Shown piece after piece: positions 57,180-64,000 of a stretch of DNA of 64,000 nucleotides (position 1 is the first letter of the stretch; the number at the start of each line of letters is the position of its first letter). The notes below the pieces were generated by a model. The model saw only the letters and a program-made list of their open reading frames with translations. It was not told where the DNA came from and made no database searches. The position numbers were made by a program, and so were the translations under genes. Source of the DNA: the human T2T-CHM13v2.0 reference genome, Homo sapiens; the NCBI RefSeq assembly GCF_009914755.1, contig NC_060948.1; one strand, given 5' to 3'.

Positions 57180-57752
57180 GAAATTTTTCTGATATATGCA
57201 GCAGAAGGAAATTGAAAGCATTATTTCCAAATTGATCACAACAAACAAATTCAGGCAAATGAAAGTCCAACACATCATGATGGGCGATGTCTACTACACC
57301 CACTCCACAAGCCACATGGCCTTCTGGGAACACAGCCTCGATGCCACTTGATTCTGTGGCTACAACAGCACTTGTCCATTTCCAAATAATGGGCTGCTCC
57401 TCCAAGCAGTATTAGATGCAGTTCAGAATGACGCCTCTATAGTTTTGTGACAAAAACTGTGGGTACTGACCATGATATGGGTTGAAATTTCAGTAACAGT
57501 AGCAGTCGCTTTCTCTGTGATGTCCACAGACCATAATAAAAATGACAGCATATTGCCAGGGAAATGCTGGGTTTTGGGGAAAAGACTCCTTTCTAAGAGA
57601 GACCCATGACAATTGGCAATTGACATGAATACATTTCCACAAACAGTCATCTTTGCACTGGCCTCATACCAACCACTCTAATGACTGGTGACACAAGGAC
57701 CATTCAGGAGCCATGGGTAACACACTATGCTACATCCAGAATGCAATGGCTG
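57180..57752 (+). pseudogene. Large candidate pseudo-exon N (plus strand) with WW-like motif
   Basis: tagcag acceptor, consensus gtaagt donor; 573 nt phase 2-2: KFF*YMQQKEIESIISKL..GDVYYTHSTSHMAFWEH..KCWVLGKRLL; 7 stops, five TGA. Confidence 0.45.
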
Positions 57753-58928
57753 GTAAGTGTGAGGCACTCACAAGAATAGGCTGCAATGTATCTTGAAATA
57801 AACATTACCAATTGTGGGAGGTGAAGTGAAAATTTTCTCAAAAATAAAGCCACTAAAAAAAGTAAAATTTGACACCCGGTGCAGCAACTGATGCATGTAA
57901 TCCCAGAACTATGGGAGGCCGAAGTGGGCGGACTGCTTGACCCCAGGAGGTTGAGGCTACAGTGAGCACGATCGCACCTCTGTGTGCTCCAGCCTGAGCA
58001 AGACAGCAATTCTGTCTCAAAAGTAAGTAAATAAGTAACAAAAACTGACTTTGACCTCCACAAATTCAAGTTGGTCACAATTGAGGAATCTAAGCTGTGG
58101 GGGCAAATAGTTCAACTGAAGACTGACCCACAGGGGCAAACTGATCCAAAAGGGAAATATGCCAGTCACAAAGAACAACTATTTTATGACTCCACTTATA
58201 GGAGAGGTACCTGGAGTAGTGAAATTCTTAAGAGACAGGAAGTAGAGTGGTGGTTGCCAAGGATTATGGGGAGAAGGCAATGAAGAGTTAAGTGTTTGAT
58301 AGGTACACAGAGTCACCTGGGAAGATGAAGACGTTCTGGAGAGGGATGTTGGTGATGGCCTCACACAATGTGAATATAATACCAGAGAACAGTACACTCA
58401 AAGATGGTAAAAATGGCAAATTTTATACAGCTGGGCTCAAACAATCCTTCACCCTCAGTCTACTGAGTAGCTGGGACCACAGGCACGTGCCAACATGCCC
58501 CGCTATTTTTGGTATTTTTTGTAGTGACGGTGTTTCACCGTGTTGCCCAGACTGGTCTCAAATTCCTGGGCTCAAGTTATCTGCCCACCCTGGCCTCCCA
58601 AAGTGCTGAGATTACAGGCATGAGCCATTGTACCTCACCTAATAATTCCATTTTAATACAAATTTACTAAAAAGGGAAAAATTCATAAAATCATTAACTA
58701 TATCATCTTATTGAGGCTACCTAAGTTCTCTGAACTTCATCTTGTAATCTCAATAAGATAAATGCATCCTTTAACACTAACAATTATGGCCACTTCCATC
58801 AAAACATAAAGTTTTAAAAACTAGGGTTCTCATTTAAGGCTCTGTCTCTCCCTAACAGCTCAGCTCTCAGAATGTTCAGAAGACTCAGTTACTGCCCTCT
58901 CCCTCCTCTGGCACTCATTTGTGAAGAC

Positions 58929-59075
58929 CTCCAGAGCATCTACTGCAAAAGCCCATTTCAGCATATTCATCACCACTGGTATACTTCCTTCTGTCACGAG
59001 CTTCATTTTATAAAAACTATCATTAATACTGGCTCAGAGTTTTTCAATAATTTCAATGTAGTACACCATGGCAAC
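58929..59075 (-). pseudogene. Candidate pseudo-exon B (3' end uncertain)
   Basis: gacag acceptor; VAMVYYIEIIEKL*ASINDSFYKMKLVTEGSIPVVMNMLKWAFAVDALE, one TGA in 49 codons; donor weak. Confidence 0.55.
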
Positions 59076-59172
59076 CTGTCTAGTTCACATTTAATACAAA
59101 ATTAATTCCTTATGTTACCACATAAGCAATAGATTGTTATGAAGTTTAATGTTTCCATGGCTTTCTACTTAT

Positions 59173-59233
59173 GGAAAAAATTAACTTCTTCACATCACCT
59201 ATAGTGGAAATGCTTCCTGTTCAGACTGCAATT
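59173..59233 (-). pseudogene. Candidate pseudo-exon O (donor mutated)
   Basis: aatag acceptor, ataagt (GT lost); phase 2-0, joins B: IAV*TGSISTIGDVKKLIFS. Confidence 0.45.
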
Positions 59234-59568
59234 CTATTCACACACACACACAAAAAATAATACTGTAGTACTATTAAATCACAATGGTAAGGCCAGGTGT
59301 GGTAGCTCATACCTGTAAGCCCAGCACTTTGAGAGGCTGAGGTGGGCAAATCACTTGAGGCCAGGAGTTTAAGACCAGCCAGGCCAACATAGCAAAACCC
59401 TGTCTCTATTAAACACACAAAAATTAGCCAGGTGTGGTAGTAGGTGCCTGTATTCCCAGCTATTCAGGAGGCTGAGGCACGAGAATTGCTTGAACCTGGA
59501 AGGCGGAGAGCCGAGATCTCACCACTGCACTCCAGACTGGGCGACAGAGCAAGACTCCATCTCAAAAA

Positions 59569-59615
<47 letters not shown>

Positions 59616-59914
59616 AATATCACTATGATGGAATCTATCCCTCTAACCTAAAAATTCTTAAAGTATCTTGAAGTGTGATACAGGCCAGATGTGGTGCACG
59701 TAGTCCCCAGCACTTTGGGAGGCGGAGGCAGAGGATCACTTGAGATCAGGAGCTCAAAACCAGCCTGGAAAGTATATCAAGAAAGACCCCATGTCTACAA
59801 AAATAAAAATAAATAGAGAAACCAGAGAACAAACTCTACAAAAGGAAGAAAAGAAAGCTTCAAGGACAAAAGTCAATAAAGTTACACAGTTCCAAGTTCA
59901 TCTACTATGATAGG

Positions 59915-60220
59915 GCAACAATCTGGTGTTCAGAGGCCAAATATGACCCAATATCTTTTTTTGACAGTCCATAAGCTAAGAATGGGGTTTATATTTATAG
60001 CTAGTTGAAAAAGAAAATAATGTTTTGTGCTAAGTTAAAATTAGAAAATTCTAATTTTAGTGTCAACAGTAGTTTAATTGGAAAACAGCCAGGCTTGTTT
60101 AAGTGTGCCCCACAGTTCCCTCCATGATCCATGATACAAATGGCAGAGCTGAATAGCTGTCAGGGAATGTGTGGCCCACAAGGTCTAACATATCTACTAT
60201 GTGGCCATTTACAGAAAAAC
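59915..60220. mobile_element. Probable MER58-type hAT MITE
   Basis: ataagctaagaatgg..tgtggcccacaag..tggccatttacagaaaaa. Confidence 0.55.
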
Positions 60221-60469
60221 TGAGATGACATTAAAAAAACAAGTCTGCATATTAAAGCGCTGCAAAATGCTAGCCAATATAAAGAAGTCATAATCTAAAC
60301 CCTAAAAATAGTGAAATGTCAGACTCCCGCATATAAATAGAAAATCCTACAAGTTTCCATAAAATCCTAAAAATCTTACCCACAAAAGAGTCATGAATCA
60401 CACTGGTGTCAGACTTCTCTCATCTTACAGCAGAGGCCATGACAAAGAACAGGAGTGGCACACTCTTAC

Positions 60470-60563
60470 CATCAACAGCAGACAGTCCATGGTGGCCTTG
60501 CTCCACAGCACTGGCTGCCCGCACACGTCAGCGAAAGGCCTGCTTTCAGCACACACAGAATAC
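60470..60563 (-). pseudogene. Candidate pseudo-exon A with SAM motif-I-like FADVC
   Basis: ttaagcag acceptor, gtaaga donor; 94 nt phase 2-0, stop-free: YSVCAESRPFADVCGQPVLWSKATMDCLLLM. Confidence 0.65.
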
Positions 60564-61465
60564 CTGCTTAACAAGTAGGAACACTTACTCCTCCAGTATT
60601 CCACCATGAGACAATGGAAAAAATCTCAAGTGTCCTTTGGCACACACCACCCATGTACTCCTGGCACATCAAATGTACTAGTGAAAGAAGACCCCTCTGC
60701 TACACAGCCACTATCACACTTTCTAAAAGCTCAGGGTGCTGATCACAACAGGGACCAATAAAAGGAGGTTGTATCATAGCCTCAACAAAGTGCCCAGAAA
60801 TAGATGCTGGCAGAACCTGCTCCACGGGCTGTGGGCTCAGGCACATCAGGTGAACACAGGAGAGCACATGCAACCCCATCTGTAACCAGTCCCAATCTGT
60901 TGTTGACAGTTCAGTTATCTGAAGAGAAAATAATTCTAATGATTTGGGTTTTAGATTCTATTTATCTAAAATCCAAAAGACTTAATTCCCATTTAAGGAG
61001 ACGTTCACAATAAGCAAATCCACAGAGATAGAAAGTAGAGTACTAGTTGTCAGGGAAGGGGGAGAACGGGGATAGAAACTGACGGCACAGGGGACCTTGT
61101 GAGGATAGAAATATTCTGGAATTTGACAATGGTGATAAGGTGCACAATATACGATGAATATACTAAAAATCATGAATTGTGAGCTTCAAATGGTATATTT
61201 TGTGTTCTGTGAACTATGTTGCTTATTTTACAATTTCTGAAATAAATTCACCACCCTACAAAGTAAAATTCCTAATGCCTGGCATCCAATAAAAATTACT
61301 AGGCATGAGAAGGAGAGAAAAAAATACAAGCCTCAGAGAATTAGGACTAGTGCTGAAAAAAAAAAAGTCATAACGAAGACAAAAGAATCAATCAATGGAA
61401 ACCAACTTAGAACTGAAACAGGTGTTAAAATCAGTAGACAAAAACATTAAAACCTGTTTTACAGT

Positions 61466-63163
61466 GGGCACAGTGGCTCACACCTGTTATCCCAGCACTT
61501 TGGGAGGCGGAGGAGAGTAGATCACGTGAGGGTCAGGAGCTTGAGACCAGCCTGGCCAACATGGTGAAACCCCATCTTTACTAAAAATAAAAAAATTAGC
61601 TGGACATGGTGGTGGGCACCTGTAATCCCAGCTACTCAGGAGGCTGAGGCAAGAGAATCGCTTGAACCCAGGAGGCAGAGTTTGCGGTGGGCCCAGATTG
61701 TCACTCCAGCCTGGGCAACAGAGTGGGACTCCATCTCAAACAAACAAACAAACAAACAAAAGCTGTTTTAACTTTATTCCATGTGTTCAACATGTAAGAC
61801 ACAAAAAAGGCACCTCAGCAGCAGCCAAACAAAAGATACACAGAACAAGGTGTGGGTGGCAGGGAGCCTTTACAGCATTCGAATGTGTCCAAGAGTTTTT
61901 AGAGCTTCATCTTCAGCTCCTGCTCCCTCCCTGGAGGTTAGTTGGTGAAGATGAAAGCTCCAGTCCTCTAATCACTTCGTCTTTCTGGTGACCAGCCCTA
62001 ACCTGTCACCTCACTGCTTATATTCTGGTGTGATCAGAAAGGAGCTAGTTATGAATAACAAATGACATCCTATCATTCAAAAAATTCAAGCGTTGTAGGA
62101 AATCTGCCAGGACTGAGAAGGTAGGGGAGACAAAGGCCACATAAATGTTTATTATCCAAAGTCTTCCAAACGAGTAAGCTGAAATTAGGCCAGGAGCAGT
62201 GGCTCATGTCTGTAATCCCAGGACGTAGGGAGGCCAAGGCAGGCAGATCACTTGAGCCCAGGAGTTCGAGACCAGCCTGGGCGACACTGCTAAACCCTAT
62301 CTCTATAAAAAATAGCAAGAAAGACCCCATCTCTACAAAAAATTCAAAGATATATTACCTGGGTGGCATGTGCCTGTTGTCCCAGGTACATGGGAAGCTG
62401 AGGTGGGAGAACTGCGTGAGCTCAGGAAGTTGAGGCTACTGAGGTGGGATGGTACCACAGCACTCCAGCCTGGACCACAGAGTAAGACCTTGTCTCTAAA
62501 AAGAACCCCTGGGCTCAAGTGACTCTCCAAGTCTTGGCCTCTCAAGTATCTGGGACTACAGGCACACACCATCACATTCGGCTAAGTTTTATTTTTATTT
62601 TTGTAGACATGGGGTCTTTCTTGATATACTTCCCAGACTGGTTTTGAGCTCCTGATCTCAAGCGATCCTTCTGCCTCCGCCTCCCAAAGTGCTGGGGACT
62701 ATGCGCACCACATCTGACCTGTATCACACTTCAAGATGCAGGATGCACTGCATCGCTGATCCCAAATGCTGTTGTGTATCCCATTAAGATACCACAGGAC
62801 ATGTTGGATATGTTTACAAATATCAGGTAAGACAACTGAGTGACTTGCTACCCACAGTCTTTTTTTTTTTTTTTTTTTGAGATAAAGTCTTGCTCTGCCA
62901 CAAAAGATGGAGTGCAGTGGTGCAATCTCTGCTTACTGAAACCTCCCCCTCCTGGGTTCAAGTGATTCTCCTGCCTCAGCCTCCCGAGTAGCTAGGATTA
63001 CAGGCATGTGCCACCAAGCCCAGCTAAGTTTTTTCATATTTTTAGTAGAGATGGGGTTTTGCTGTGTTGGCCAGGCTGGTCTTGAATTCCTGGCCTCAAG
63101 TGATCTGCCCACCTCGGCCTCCTAAAGCACTGGGATTACAAGGGTAAGCCACCTCGCCTGGCC
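61466..63163. mobile_element. Alus: 61466-61760 (+), 62188-62503 (+), 62509-62720 (-, truncated), 62860-63163 (-)
   Basis: Alu consensus matches. Confidence 0.9.
62742..62826 (+). pseudogene. Candidate pseudo-exon P (plus strand), abutting the inverted duplication
   Basis: Strong cag|gtaaga donor, phase 2; stop-free CTASLIPNAVVYPIKIPQDMLDMFTNI(R). Confidence 0.5.
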
Positions 63164-63275
63164 TGCAGCCTTTTTCACTTCAGGACACTGTTCCCGTGAA
63201 CTTAGCAAAGAAGGGTTTGGTAATTTAGTGATAACTTGAAACCAAAGCAGAAGATGAAACAATTATCTGGATGAT

Positions 63276-64000
63276 TGTAGGGAGACCACCTGAAACTATT
63301 GCTACAGAATAAAAGATGAAATGCTCCTGATTATTGTAAATACAAAATTACACGCAGGACTGTGTAAAGACAATGCCAGGTTGGACTGCCAGAATGACCC
63401 AACAGCGTGTGATGTGCTTCCCCTTGCAGACAACCTATAAATGGACATGCAGTCAGGGAGGTTTCATATCACCAAGGTTCCTATCCCAGAAAAGCAGATG
63501 TTCACAGCTCTGGGAATGGAATGTGACCCTTGTGGAGAGCTTATAAACGGATTCATGAAGGGCACCTGTCCATATGGATAAGATAGGGCTATAAATGTCC
63601 TCATCTTGCCACAGCTATTCTAGGCCTCTTTAGGGTTAAAGCATACTCCCTTCTGAGAATTTCTGGTCTAACTGGTTGTCTGGCTTCACGTCCTGTTTCT
63701 AAGGATTGCTGGTAACCAGCTTTTGCTGCAACTGTTACTGCTGATTAATATCTTGCTAATCACAGGTTATAGAAAGACTGTGTTTCTGTTTTAAGGCTCT
63801 GTTACAAATTACTGATGCACACATTATATTGTAAATTCTTATCTCTGTATACTGTGCTTTTGCATACAGATGTTATGTTAAAGAATTACTTCATTCCCAT
63901 GTGACCATCTCATCTCATAATCAAATGACCCTAAATCCCTCACTAACCTACCCTCGCCCTCACTAAACTTAATAATAAACGCTGGTATATCCAGTGCATT
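63276..64000 (+). mobile_element. HERV-K-class LTR (MER11D-like), runs off window
   Basis: tgtagggagaccacctgaaactattgctacagaataaaagatgaaatgctcc start; TATAAA at ~63590; AATAAA at ~63974. Confidence 0.75.

Larger units (their letters stand above)
57874..59813. mobile_element. Alu pieces (57874-58035 +, 58430-58638 - truncated, 59291-59615 + with (TAAA)n, 59683-59813 + left arm) and L1M 3' piece (58150-58425)
   Basis: Consensus matches. Confidence 0.85.
59665..62737. repeat. ~150-bp inverted duplication: 59665-59813 vs 62588-62737
   Basis: Shared non-Alu flank atcttgaagtgtgatacagg plus Alu arm with shared private changes; only a handful of mismatches. Confidence 0.92.

Noticed and set aside
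57154-57730. Minus-strand frame with only ~3 stops over ~190 codons (ORF 57154..57405)
   Set aside because: It is the in-register antisense of candidate exon N, has an odd C/H-rich composition and no clear splice sites; the plus strand has the consensus donor. Strand is not fully settled.
58929-59075. Reading exon B as the N-half of a G-patch (MLK-MGF after frameshift) spliced to exon C
   Set aside because: Possible, but needs a frameshift and a weak donor; adjacent exon O and KLVTEGS fit the MTase core better. Left unresolved.
63184-63219. 36-nt plus-strand micro-exon candidate (cacttcag..gtaatt)
   Set aside because: Hits a stop in the phase required by exon P and is too short to support.

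Overview
Primate (human-like) nuclear DNA, mostly transposon-derived: about 30 Alus, old L1M fragments, two young L1PA2/3-type elements, a 5'-truncated HERV-ERI-group (ERV3/HERV1/HERV15-like) provirus, a HERVIP10/LTR10 half-provirus, LTR12, LTR10, THE1, MER11D-like and LTR9/MER61-like LTRs, a U6 retrocopy and (GGAT)n/(TG)n tracts. No intact protein-coding gene is present; nearly all listed ORFs are repeat-derived. Between the repeats I find about 16 short unique blocks with splice signals, mostly phase-compatible and riddled with stops. Read by eye, they spell a decayed multi-exon gene resembling RrmJ/FtsJ-fold cap 2'-O-methyltransferases (CMTR1/CMTR2-like), possibly with two tandem MTase-like repeats and a WW-like motif. 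Its first half runs in order on the minus strand from a CpG island at ~47.8 kb. The exons of its second half lie out of order and on both strands, next to truncated repeats and a 150-bp inverted duplication, suggesting a locally scrambled pseudogene. The CMTR comparison and all repeat subfamily names rest on recalled sequences and need HMM/BLAST/RepeatMasker confirmation.
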